A stretch of 64,000 nt of DNA, from sequence record OP380604.1, one strand, 5' to 3'. This document shows positions 1 through 8,399 of this stretch, piece by piece. Each line of letters starts with the position of its first letter. Positions within the stretch are counted from its first letter, which is position 1. The notes under the pieces are model-generated. The model saw nothing but the letters and a program-made list of their open reading frames with translations. It was not told where the DNA came from and did not search any database. The position numbers and the translations under genes are program-made.

Positions 1-135
1 CTACAGTGGGCTAGTCCGAACTGTGATGTTACCCGAGATAGTCATATGAAAACTGATCGTGGTAACTGGTATCGAATCGAACTGAATTTTGAACGTGGTG
101 AGATTGAGTTATCACCTACCGTACTACGTTACTAA
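1..135 (+). CDS. 3' end of a hypothetical protein (partial, runs off the window start)
   Basis: Frame 1 is open from base 1 to TAA at 133-135 (LQWASPN...SPTVLRY*). Confidence 0.5.
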   Translation, partial: LQWASPNCDVTRDSHMKTDRGNWYRIELNFERGEIELSPTVLRY

Positions 136-269
136 TCGAAGATTGCGGCGTTAGCCGCTAACTCGTTGAATAGTAAGAAGAAGACAATTTAGATTCTCAT
201 ATAAGATATATAAGAGATTTTATTTTGTCTTTTTGTAACATCTAGCTCGCTACGCTCGCAATCTTCGAT
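135..269. repeat. Dispersed nested-palindrome element, copy A
   Basis: 13-bp terminal inverted repeat ATCGAAGATTGCG (135-147) / CGCAATCTTCGAT (257-269) encloses an AT-rich imperfect hairpin AAGACAA...TTGTCTT. The core is similar to copies at about 23290 and 47950. Confidence 0.85.
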
Positions 270-278
270 GAAAAAAGT

Positions 279-307
279 ATTGACATCTGATTTAAGAAGA
301 GTATTAT
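279..307 (+). promoter_or_regulatory. T4-type early (sigma70) promoter
   Basis: ATTGAC-17 bp-TATTAT, followed by GAGGA and ATG at 333. Confidence 0.7.
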
Positions 308-332
308 GGCGTTATCAACTTGAGGACACACT

Positions 333-506
333 ATGAACTACCTGAAACGTCTTATGAATCGTATGAAGTACAAGCCGATGATCAAAATCAATGCTTATGC
401 TATGCAGATCCATACCGCTTCTGGTGCTTCTGTGTGTACTCCTGACGGTATTGCTATTAAGCAGCGTATCGAACGGCTTAAACGTGAAATGAGAATGAAT
501 AAATGA
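333..506 (+). CDS. Small early hypothetical protein (57 aa, not in ORF track)
   Basis: SD GAGGA, ATG 333, MNYLKRLMNRMKYKPM...EMRMNK*. The stop overlaps the next ATG (ATGA). Confidence 0.65.
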   Translation: MNYLKRLMNRMKYKPMIKINAYAMQIHTASGASVCTPDGIAIKQRIERLKREMRMNK

Positions 507-1060
507 TTTGTAAAATTGTTAATCCAAAACGTCTTAACGTTGGTGATGTTATCGACTTCGGGCGGTATCAACTGCTGACCATCGACAAGATCGAAGGTAA
601 GAAAGTTTACTTGACTGACGGTGAAAGCGGTGAAAAAATAGAAATGGAATTCTATCAACTGAGTTCCAAGTCATATCGTTACACAGGACATAACTCAGAA
701 CGAGGCTACACGGTTTCTGGTAGCGGTATGAACTCTCGCTATGGCATGAGTCTTGGTATGCTGTATGATTACGGCGTAAAGCAGCCAATCGCTGCTGGCG
801 AAGAGATTGATTATTGCGTTGAGTCTACCTATTACAAGGGCACAGTCGTTGCGGTGGGCTCGTTTGCAATCAACAAAGCTCAGATTATTTTCAATCCAAG
901 TCGCGGCGAGAAAAACGCGGTTGTGGTGAAAAACGAAGACGGCAAAGAGCGCGTTATTATCGGAACCGGTCAGACTCTTTACTTTGTAGAGCCCGACGAA
1001 AAGGGTAATATGTTTATCAACAATACTCATATCTGTGTAGTCAATCAATATCGGGGTTAA
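503..1060 (+). CDS. Hypothetical protein (beta-rich)
   Basis: 185-aa ORF translationally coupled within the early operon. Confidence 0.7.
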   Translation: MICKIVNPKRLNVGDVIDFGRYQLLTIDKIEGKKVYLTDGESGEKIEMEFYQLSSKSYRYTGHNSERGYTVSGSGMNSRYGMSLGMLYDYGVKQPIAAGEEIDYCVESTYYKGTVVAVGSFAINKAQIIFNPSRGEKNAVVVKNEDGKERVIIGTGQTLYFVEPDEKGNMFINNTHICVVNQYRG

Positions 1061-1061
1061 T

Positions 1062-1583
1062 ATGTTTCGTTATTCAGAAGAAAAGAAAAAAGTTGAAATC
1101 GGTAGTCTGATTCGAGTGAAGGGATTACAAGGTGTCTTAACAGAAGTTACCGATAACACAATCAAAATCACGATTGCTGAGATCGCTTATTCCGAGTTTG
1201 TGTTTGAAAACGGGCGCTGGCATAATGCGAAAGATCCGATCAATAATCGTATGCACCTGCTACATTTGTCCGATTACACAATCAAAAACGGCGAGCTTTT
1301 CTATACCAATCGCAGTGAAATTGGTGTCGGTAGTTATGTTGATGAAATGAAAGTTGTTGCCGAAACCGGAATCACTCTGGTATGGGATAAAACTGGCTCT
1401 AAAGTCGAGAGTGTGCGAATTGGTATCATAGAACAAGATCCTTGTTTGATTTTGATTGACAACAAAGGCATGGCACACTATGCTATCGCTGTTGAAGATG
1501 GTGATTATGAAGCCGTTCAACTCTACTCTACCAATTGTGGTAAGCTGGAACACATCATCGATCTGCCATGGAGATATGATTAA
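1062..1583 (+). CDS. Hypothetical protein
   Basis: 173-aa ORF tightly packed in the operon. Confidence 0.7.
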   Translation: MFRYSEEKKKVEIGSLIRVKGLQGVLTEVTDNTIKITIAEIAYSEFVFENGRWHNAKDPINNRMHLLHLSDYTIKNGELFYTNRSEIGVGSYVDEMKVVAETGITLVWDKTGSKVESVRIGIIEQDPCLILIDNKGMAHYAIAVEDGDYEAVQLYSTNCGKLEHIIDLPWRYD

Positions 1584-2173
1584 TGTTTGTAATTGAACAA
1601 ATAACAAAGCCAGAGGATCAATACCGAGAGCTGTGTATTGGTGATTATACTATCATCAAAAGTAAACGCTGTCGGCTTGTTGAGTTTGATCCGAAAGCAA
1701 AAGTGGCCACGTTTCTCATGACAATCGGTGATATGGATGTCACTGCTAAGTTTCATCATCTGACCCGTGATAACTGGATCAATAATGAGTATTCGAGTCC
1801 AATCAATCTAATATTGAAAGATGATAAGATCTGGGTCGGCATCGATGCAAAACGACAAAAAGAAATTGCAATTGGACGAAATTTCCCACTTCGGATTATG
1901 AGCCAAGAAAACGGTATTCCTCCCAGTCGTATTGTTACTCGATTTATGGGCTTTGTTCAGGGATTCATGGAACAAGGTGGACTCATTAGTTATACGTCGT
2001 TTACCAATAACCCATCATCGAATGCAATGTTGTTTATGAGTCAGACTGGGCTAATTTATGCTTATGACAAAAACGGCAATTGGTATATGCACAAAGACGG
2101 TAAAATGGTGAAATCAAACATCAAATATATCGAAACGCATCAAGTCCTGAAATGGGTAGATAACCACCTGTAA
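1583..2173 (+). CDS. Hypothetical protein
   Basis: 196-aa ORF with TAATG overlap. Confidence 0.7.
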   Translation: MFVIEQITKPEDQYRELCIGDYTIIKSKRCRLVEFDPKAKVATFLMTIGDMDVTAKFHHLTRDNWINNEYSSPINLILKDDKIWVGIDAKRQKEIAIGRNFPLRIMSQENGIPPSRIVTRFMGFVQGFMEQGGLISYTSFTNNPSSNAMLFMSQTGLIYAYDKNGNWYMHKDGKMVKSNIKYIETHQVLKWVDNHL

Positions 2174-2175
2174 CA

Positions 2176-2214
2176 GCTAAATAGAGTCATATCACCTAAT
2201 TGGAATGACTCTAT
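2176..2214 (+). promoter_or_regulatory. Late promoter plus RBS-occluding hairpin of gene 49
   Basis: GCTAAATA (2176-2183) overlaps the left arm of a 10-bp inverted repeat ATAGAGTCAT (2181-2190) / ATGACTCTAT (2205-2214) ending 1 nt before the ATG. This matches the known T4 gene 49 layout. Confidence 0.75.
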
Positions 2215-2215
2215 C

Positions 2216-2701
2216 ATGTTGCTTACTCCCAAAACATATGACTCCGCAAAAGAAAAACTGTATCATGAACAAAACGGAATTTGTCCGATTTGCAAACGCG
2301 AACTAGACAAAGAGATTAACAAAAATCATCTTGATCATGATCATGAACTTGACGGTCCGAATGCCGGTCGTGTTCGTGGACTCCTTTGTAATCTATGTAA
2401 CGGATCGGAGGGACGAACTCGCCACGAGTTTATGCGCTCTGGATTAGCAGGACGTGGTATCGATTACATCGAGTATCTGGAAGCGTTGTTGGCTTATCTG
2501 AAAAAAGATAGCAGCAAAAACGACATACACCCGAAACTTGTGCCTGATACTAAAAAGCGATTCGCTCGCCAAGATAAGCCAGCGATGATCGCGGAACTCC
2601 AACGCTACGGATTCGCGTATAACGACGGAATGACTAAAGCCGAACTCTGTAAAGTGTTCAACAAAGAATTTCCGAAAATGATGAAAAAACTTCATAACTG
2701 A
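2216..2701 (+). CDS. 49: Recombination endonuclease VII (Holliday junction resolvase)
   Basis: CPIC...LDHDH...VRGLLCNLCN Zn/His-Me motifs; size and C-terminal helical domain as in T4 gp49. Confidence 0.95.
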   Translation: MLLTPKTYDSAKEKLYHEQNGICPICKRELDKEINKNHLDHDHELDGPNAGRVRGLLCNLCNGSEGRTRHEFMRSGLAGRGIDYIEYLEALLAYLKKDSSKNDIHPKLVPDTKKRFARQDKPAMIAELQRYGFAYNDGMTKAELCKVFNKEFPKMMKKLHN

Positions 2702-2702
2702 T

Positions 2703-2736
2703 ATTGACACCTAAGCCAGTCTCACGTAGACTGGCT
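2703..2736 (+). promoter_or_regulatory. Early promoter with inverted repeat across -10
   Basis: TTGACA-17-TAGACT; IR AGCCAGTCT / AGACTGGCT. Confidence 0.7.
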
Positions 2737-2759
2737 TTATTGTTTTAGAGGATAATATC

Positions 2760-2930
2760 ATGACGCTAGATGAAGCATTTGAAATCAGAGAAAAGATTAA
2801 CGCTATGCTCAAGAGCAAAGACAAAACCGAACGATCTATCGCTCTTGTAATGGAAGGTGTTCTCCGCGGTGAATATCTTAGTATTGAAGACGCAAAAGAA
2901 GATATCAAATTTCTTTCCGAAACTAATTGA
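2760..2930 (+). CDS. Small early hypothetical protein (56 aa, not in ORF track)
   Basis: SD GAGGA, MTLDEAFEIREKINAML...KFLSETN*. Confidence 0.7.
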   Translation: MTLDEAFEIREKINAMLKSKDKTERSIALVMEGVLRGEYLSIEDAKEDIKFLSETN

Positions 2931-2983
2931 CAACGAGCGCGAACGTGATAAGATGTTCGCATCAAACAAACGAGGAATATATC

Positions 2984-3838
2984 ATGAACGAACTGCGAAC
3001 CCGCATCATCAACGACCCGATGATTTCCGAAGCTGTTAAGCATTACGTCAAGAACAAAGACCGTTTTGACGTAACAAAAGCCAAACTGGACGATGTAATC
3101 TGCGGTCGTATCACCCGCGAAGAATGCAAGGTCGGTCTGTGCTATGTGACCGGTTCGAGAGCTGGTGGTATTGATTTGTGTAGTCTTGGCACACTAGACG
3201 ACTATAAATTCTATAGTGGATATGAAGGTCACTGCATTATCATTGGTAATCCAGACGAAATGGAAGATCCGCTGAAAGAAGCAATTCGACAGTATCACGA
3301 AGAAGATGAAGTTGGCAACGACGAATACTGGGCTGCGCGTCTGGAGTTAGCTCGCCACTGGTTGCGTTATATTCTGAAACTTCAATCGGAGTATTGCGAT
3401 GCGGTGGAACGTCAAGCTAAAATGAACGATTTGATCCGTCATTATGTAAGCAATCGTTCTGCGTGGGAAGAATCTCGTCAAATTCTGCGCGATGTAATCG
3501 GCGGTAAAATCACTCGCAAACAGATCAGCGAAGGTCTGTGTGAACTGATCAAAGTCAAGCTGAATGATGAATATATTCTTCAAGACTACAAATATTGGAG
3601 TGGTTGGAAAGGTTATATCATCCTGCTTGAAACCGATGCAGTCAAGAACTTTATGCCGGATCCTCGCGCAAAGAACTTTACAATCGATGATCATAAACGC
3701 CGTCAAGCAATCGAACAATTCAAAGCGGAACATCACGGTTTGATGAAATACGATACCGCATACTATGAAGCTCGTTTGGAACTGGCTCGTCATTGGCTTA
3801 AAGTCATTGAAAATGTGATGGCTATCGCTAAAAACTAA
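2984..3838 (+). CDS. Hypothetical protein with two tandem RLELARHWL domains
   Basis: True start is probably ATG 2984 after GAGGA; the ORF-track start at 2927 is the TTG of a promoter -35 box. Internal duplication of about 140 aa. Confidence 0.8.
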   Translation: MNELRTRIINDPMISEAVKHYVKNKDRFDVTKAKLDDVICGRITREECKVGLCYVTGSRAGGIDLCSLGTLDDYKFYSGYEGHCIIIGNPDEMEDPLKEAIRQYHEEDEVGNDEYWAARLELARHWLRYILKLQSEYCDAVERQAKMNDLIRHYVSNRSAWEESRQILRDVIGGKITRKQISEGLCELIKVKLNDEYILQDYKYWSGWKGYIILLETDAVKNFMPDPRAKNFTIDDHKRRQAIEQFKAEHHGLMKYDTAYYEARLELARHWLKVIENVMAIAKN

Positions 3839-3871
3839 TTGACACCTAATGCCAGTAGCGTATACTGGCAT
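3838..3871 (+). promoter_or_regulatory. Early promoter with inverted repeat across -10
   Basis: ATTGAC-17-TATACT; IR ATGCCAGTA / TACTGGCAT; near-duplicate of the 2703 promoter. Confidence 0.7.
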
Positions 3872-3894
3872 TATCTTATAGAGAGGGTTATATC

Positions 3895-4362
3895 ATGTTT
3901 ACTGCGCTGCGAGCAAAAATCAAATCCGTTTTCATGAGCAAGAACGAGCGTCTGAAACTGAAATTTCTGGACGACTCTAGTCTGACAAAGTATTATGATT
4001 TGCTGAAACTTCGAATCGAAAAGCCAGATCGATACGCCGAAGCAATGAAAAAACTGTATAGTATTACAGACAGAACGTTTTCACGGAAGACAATTGCATG
4101 TGGCATCTGCTATCATGTTGGATTTGAAGTGGCTAGTATTCTGCGAGTTGATTCGCTTATGACTATGTATCCACACTGGGACAAAGAAACATGTAACGAC
4201 TTGTTTCTGATTGACATCAAAGACGGTAGTAGTCCTCAAATGCAGTATGCAGAAGAACGTTATTATCGGAACAATTCGAAATACTATGAAGCGAGGCTGG
4301 AACTGGCTCGCCATTGGCTTAACGTGATGACGTTCGTTGATAATCATTACAATCAAAAGTAA
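3895..4362 (+). CDS. Hypothetical protein, third RLELARHWL domain paralog
   Basis: Ends YYEARLELARHWL like both halves of 2984-3838. Confidence 0.8.
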   Translation: MFTALRAKIKSVFMSKNERLKLKFLDDSSLTKYYDLLKLRIEKPDRYAEAMKKLYSITDRTFSRKTIACGICYHVGFEVASILRVDSLMTMYPHWDKETCNDLFLIDIKDGSSPQMQYAEERYYRNNSKYYEARLELARHWLNVMTFVDNHYNQK

Positions 4363-4364
4363 AT

Positions 4365-4392
4365 AAAAGATCCCGTTAAGTCGGGATTTTTT
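4365..4392 (+). terminator. Rho-independent terminator
   Basis: AAAAGATCCCG-ttaagt-CGGGATTTTTT. Confidence 0.75.
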
Positions 4393-4413
4393 AAAAGTTT
4401 AAAGATGTAACTT

Positions 4414-4442
4414 GTTTACATCAACCGTGATTGTTGTATAAT
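4414..4442 (+). promoter_or_regulatory. T4 consensus early promoter for nrdA
   Basis: GTTTAC-17-TATAAT, a perfect T4 early consensus. Confidence 0.85.
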
Positions 4443-4479
4443 GTAACTCTCCTCCAACACATAACACAACGGAGCTTTA

Positions 4480-6714
4480 ATGCTGGTAAGAAAATCAAGT
4501 GGTATAACTGAGAATTTTGATTCCAACAAGCTGTTGAAAATTCTTGGGTTCGCCACTGCTGGAACTCGAATCGATTCAAACGAAATCATGAGTGGTATTA
4601 TGCCTTCAATCACTGACGGCATGAGTACAAAAGACATTCAAAAGCTGGCAATCAAGTTTGCAGCGGATAGAATCTCTATTGAACAATCTGATTATCAATA
4701 TGTTTCCGCTCGTCTGCAAATGTACGCTATTCGCAAAGACGTTTATAATCAGTTTGATCCGATTCATCTGAAACGGCACACTCTGGACTTGGTACAAGAC
4801 GGCATCTATGATAAAGATCTTGTCTCTAAGTGGACAGACGAAGAATTTAATGAGCTGAATGCCTATATCAAGCATGAACGCGATTTTAATCTGGCTTATG
4901 CTGGTGTAATGCAATTCAAAGAAAAGTATTTGGCGAAAGATCGCAGTACCGGCGAATTGTACGAAACCCCGCAAATGTTGTATATGCTTGTTGCAATGTG
5001 CTTGCACCAAGACGAAAAAGCAGATAGAATCTCTAAAGTTAAAAACTTTTATGACGTAACTTCTTTGGGCAAACTGAGTCTGCCTACACCTATTCTTGCA
5101 GGTGTTCGTACTCCGACTCGTCAGTTTAGCTCATGCGTCAAGATTGAATGTGGTGATGAACTCGATAGCATTAACGCTACCGCAAGTTCAATCGTTGACT
5201 ATATCAGCAAACGAGCTGGTATCGGTATCAACGGTGGTGCTATTCGTGCCGAAGGCTCTCGCATTCGAAGTGGTGAAGTTCGTCACACTGGTATTATTCC
5301 TTTCTGGAAACATTTCCAGACTGCGGTAAAAAGTTGCTCACAGGGTGGTGTTCGCGGCGGTGCTGCTACACTTTACTACCCAATGTGGCATCTTGAAGTT
5401 GAAAAAATCCTTGTGCTGAAAAACAACAAGGGCGTGGAAGAAAATCGAATTCGTCAGCTTGACTACGGTATCCAAATCAACAAGCTGTTTTTCGAGCGTC
5501 TGAAAAATGACGACTATATCACGCTCTTTAGCCCAGACGTTCAAAACGGCGAGCTTTACGATCTGTTCTATCGCGATCCGGTGAAGTTCAAAGAAATGTA
5601 CGAAATGCTGGAAAACGAGCCTTGGTGTCGTAAGAAGCGTATCAAAGCTTCCGAGTTGTTCAATCTGTTCGCACAAGAAAGAACTGGCACCGGTCGCATC
5701 TATCCGATGTTCGTTGATAACGTTAACAGTGCTACTCCGTACAAAGAGCCGATTCGTATGGGTAATCTGTGTATCGAAATCGCTCTGCCGACTTATCCCG
5801 TTCATCGTGACGGTACCGGAGAGGTGGCGCTTTGCACCTTAGCAGCATATAATCTCGGTGCAATTGAGGGATATGAAGACTTCCTAAACGTTGCTCGCGC
5901 TGCTGTTCGCGCACTGGATAACTTGCTTGACTATCAGGATTATCCCGTTGTTCAAGCACTGGCAGCTAAGAAGCGTCGCGCATTGGGTATTGGTGTAACA
6001 AACTTTGCTTATTTCCTGGCGAAGAATTTTGTTAACTACTCTAGCGGCAATGCAAACAAGCTTGTTCACCGCACCATGGAAATGATGCAGTTTGCGAACT
6101 TGGTAGCGTCTATGGAGCTGGCGAAAGAACGCGGTGCAAACGAGTGGCATCATAAGACAAAATGGGCTGATGGCCTGCTGCCGATTGACTGGTATAACAA
6201 AAACGTTGATAATATCGTTCCGAATGATCTGAAAATGGATTGGGAATGGCTACGTTCTGAGATCAAAAAGCACGGATTGCGAAACGACACTCTAAGCGCA
6301 TTTATGCCCTGCGAGAGTAGTTCACAGATCACCAACAGCACAAACGGTATTGAGCCACCACGCGGTCTAGTGAGTACCAAGCAATCGAAAGATGGTGTCT
6401 TTAATCAGCTAGTGCCTGAGGTAGACATGCTTGGTAGCGAGTATGAAACAGCTTGGCAGATGACCAAACACGGCATGAAGGGTTACTTAGACATTGTAGC
6501 TATCATGCAGAAGTTTGTGGATCAAATGATTAGTGCGAATACTTATTATGATCCTGCTGTGTATCCGGGTGAGAAGATCCCGATGAAGGTTGTTCTGAAA
6601 GATATTTCAAGAGCACAGAAACACGGCGTTAAGTCTCTGTATTACTCAAACACTCGCGACGGTGCAGACGGCACAGAAGATACTTCTTCCGACTGCGAGA
6701 CGTGCAAGGTCTAA
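4480..6714 (+). CDS. nrdA: Class Ia ribonucleotide reductase alpha subunit
   Basis: N-terminal ATP cone, PTPILAGVRTPTRQFSSC, NLCIEI catalytic motif, C-terminal CETC; no intron or intein. Confidence 0.97.
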   Translation: MLVRKSSGITENFDSNKLLKILGFATAGTRIDSNEIMSGIMPSITDGMSTKDIQKLAIKFAADRISIEQSDYQYVSARLQMYAIRKDVYNQFDPIHLKRHTLDLVQDGIYDKDLVSKWTDEEFNELNAYIKHERDFNLAYAGVMQFKEKYLAKDRSTGELYETPQMLYMLVAMCLHQDEKADRISKVKNFYDVTSLGKLSLPTPILAGVRTPTRQFSSCVKIECGDELDSINATASSIVDYISKRAGIGINGGAIRAEGSRIRSGEVRHTGIIPFWKHFQTAVKSCSQGGVRGGAATLYYPMWHLEVEKILVLKNNKGVEENRIRQLDYGIQINKLFFERLKNDDYITLFSPDVQNGELYDLFYRDPVKFKEMYEMLENEPWCRKKRIKASELFNLFAQERTGTGRIYPMFVDNVNSATPYKEPIRMGNLCIEIALPTYPVHRDGTGEVALCTLAAYNLGAIEGYEDFLNVARAAVRALDNLLDYQDYPVVQALAAKKRRALGIGVTNFAYFLAKNFVNYSSGNANKLVHRTMEMMQFANLVASMELAKERGANEWHHKTKWADGLLPIDWYNKNVDNIVPNDLKMDWEWLRSEIKKHGLRNDTLSAFMPCESSSQITNSTNGIEPPRGLVSTKQSKDGVFNQLVPEVDMLGSEYETAWQMTKHGMKGYLDIVAIMQKFVDQMISANTYYDPAVYPGEKIPMKVVLKDISRAQKHGVKSLYYSNTRDGADGTEDTSSDCETCKV

Positions 6715-6762
6715 TATCAAGTCTATCACTAGGGGCTTCGGCCCCTATAACAAGGAATAAAA

Positions 6763-7893
6763 ATGGATACCGTATTTAATAAAAATGTAGTTGATCACAT
6801 GAAAGCGCCACTGTTCTTGGGCGAAGCTATGGGATTGGCTCGATATGAAACAGTAAAACACCCAGCGATTGATAAGCTTACCGAGAAACAGTTGAGCTTT
6901 TTCTGGCGTCCCGAAGAAGTGGATTTGTCCAAAGATGCAATCGACTACAATCAACTGAGTGAAGCCGAACAGCATGTTTTCACCCAGAATCTGAAATATC
7001 AAAGTCTGCTTGACTCCGTGCAGGGTCGCGCACCTAACTTGGTATTCTTGCCAATCGTGTCCGATGTTGCGCTTGAGACTTGGATCACTACTTGGAGTTT
7101 TAGTGAGACAATTCATAGCCGTTCTTATACTCACATCATGCGGAATATCTATGTTGATCCGTCTGCTGTGTTTGATAAGATTCTGCTTGACAGTAAGATC
7201 ATGGCACGTGCCACTTCTGTAACTCAGTATTACGATAACTTGATCAAAGAGTTGAAAACATACGATCTGGTATCACAGCCGGTATTCTCTCCGGAGTTGC
7301 GAATTGCACAACTGACCAAGGTCAAAGAAGCGTTGTATCTTGCAATGCACGCCGTAAACGCTTTGGAAGCAATTCGTTTTTATGTTAGCTTTGCTTGCAC
7401 CTTCTCGTTCGCTGAACGAGGTATCATGGAAGGCAATGCTAAGATCATGCGTCTGATTGCGCGGGATGAACAGCTTCACCTGAAAGGCACCCAGTATCTG
7501 ATCCGTGCTTGGCAGAATGCAGAAGATGATTCCGAAATGTACGAGATTGCTAAACGTCTCGAACACAAAGCGGTACAAATCTTCTTGGAAGTTGCTGAAC
7601 AAGAGAAAGACTGGGCAAGAGACTTGCTTGGTAATGTGACTATTCCTGGCCTGAGTCTATCTAGCATGTTGGATTACATCGATTATCTGACTGTAAGCCG
7701 TATGCGCTCTGCTGGTCTTCCTGCACCGGAAGAACTGAATACCAGTATGAAACACCCTCTGCCATGGATTCGCAAGTGGCTGAATAGTGATTCCGTTCAA
7801 GTCGCTGCCCAAGAGGCTGAGTTGTCTAGCTATCTGATTGGACAAGTTGATTCAACTCTCGATGATAGTTTCTTTGAAGAACTAGAAGTTTAA
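6763..7893 (+). CDS. nrdB: Class Ia ribonucleotide reductase beta subunit
   Basis: FFWRPEE, SETIHSRSY, EAIRFYVSFAC and RDEQLH di-iron ligands; uninterrupted. Confidence 0.97.
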   Translation: MDTVFNKNVVDHMKAPLFLGEAMGLARYETVKHPAIDKLTEKQLSFFWRPEEVDLSKDAIDYNQLSEAEQHVFTQNLKYQSLLDSVQGRAPNLVFLPIVSDVALETWITTWSFSETIHSRSYTHIMRNIYVDPSAVFDKILLDSKIMARATSVTQYYDNLIKELKTYDLVSQPVFSPELRIAQLTKVKEALYLAMHAVNALEAIRFYVSFACTFSFAERGIMEGNAKIMRLIARDEQLHLKGTQYLIRAWQNAEDDSEMYEIAKRLEHKAVQIFLEVAEQEKDWARDLLGNVTIPGLSLSSMLDYIDYLTVSRMRSAGLPAPEELNTSMKHPLPWIRKWLNSDSVQVAAQEAELSSYLIGQVDSTLDDSFFEELEV

Positions 7894-7896
7894 CAG

Positions 7897-7920
7897 AATC
7901 CGCCTTCGGGCGGATTTTTT
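7897..7920 (+). terminator. Terminator with CUUCGG tetraloop
   Basis: AATCCGCC-TTCG-GGCGGATT followed by a T-run. Confidence 0.85.
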
Positions 7921-7990
7921 ATTTCCAAAAAGTGTTGACACTTGGTATCGTTCTGCTAATATGGACACATCTAAACAAGAGGAACAAATC

Positions 7991-8254
7991 ATGAAATACC
8001 AAATTCGAGTTTTCAAGAACGAACAAACTAAGCAAGCTTATGTTGCTGCAAACGGAGAGGCTATGGCGTCAGAAAACAAAGATTTCGCGCACCGTATGTT
8101 TGGTATGGTGTTCTATGATATGAACACATCTGAATTTGACTCTGATATCATGAACATAGAAGCAAAGAGCAAGTTCGGTGCTTTCTGTGCTGCTCGTTCG
8201 ATTGTTCGTAAACAAGGTTTTAAACTCATTACTCAATGCGAGGATCTGAAATGA
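7991..8254 (+). CDS. Early hypothetical protein
   Basis: Start at 7991 after GAGGA; promoter GTTGAC-17-TAATAT upstream at 7934-7962. Confidence 0.75.
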   Translation: MKYQIRVFKNEQTKQAYVAANGEAMASENKDFAHRMFGMVFYDMNTSEFDSDIMNIEAKSKFGAFCAARSIVRKQGFKLITQCEDLK

Positions 8255-8337
8255 AAGGCTTTACTCTGATTGAACTGATTGTTGTTGTTGCAATCCTGGG
8301 AATTTTGTTCAGCGTTGTTGCTCCTGCAATTTTCTAA
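8251..8337 (+). CDS. Mini type IV prepilin (leader plus N-terminal assembly helix only, 28 aa)
   Basis: MKG|FTLIELIVVVAILGILFSVVAPAIF*. Exact N-methylation motif (G-1, F1, E5) with the conserved G14 and P22; SD GAGGA at 8240-8244; ATGA coupling to the upstream gene. Confidence 0.85.
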   Translation: MKGFTLIELIVVVAILGILFSVVAPAIF

Positions 8338-8399
8338 AAGTAGTTGACACACCGGGCCATCATGATAAGATGGCCATATCGACAAGAGAGGAATACATC

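Noticed and set aside
2927-2983. ORF-track upstream starts (2927, 7961, 8370, 15161, 15895, 23411, 26693, 29093, 37376, 39525, 47607)
   Set aside because: They fall in promoter boxes or upstream genes; downstream ATGs have proper SD sequences and were used instead.
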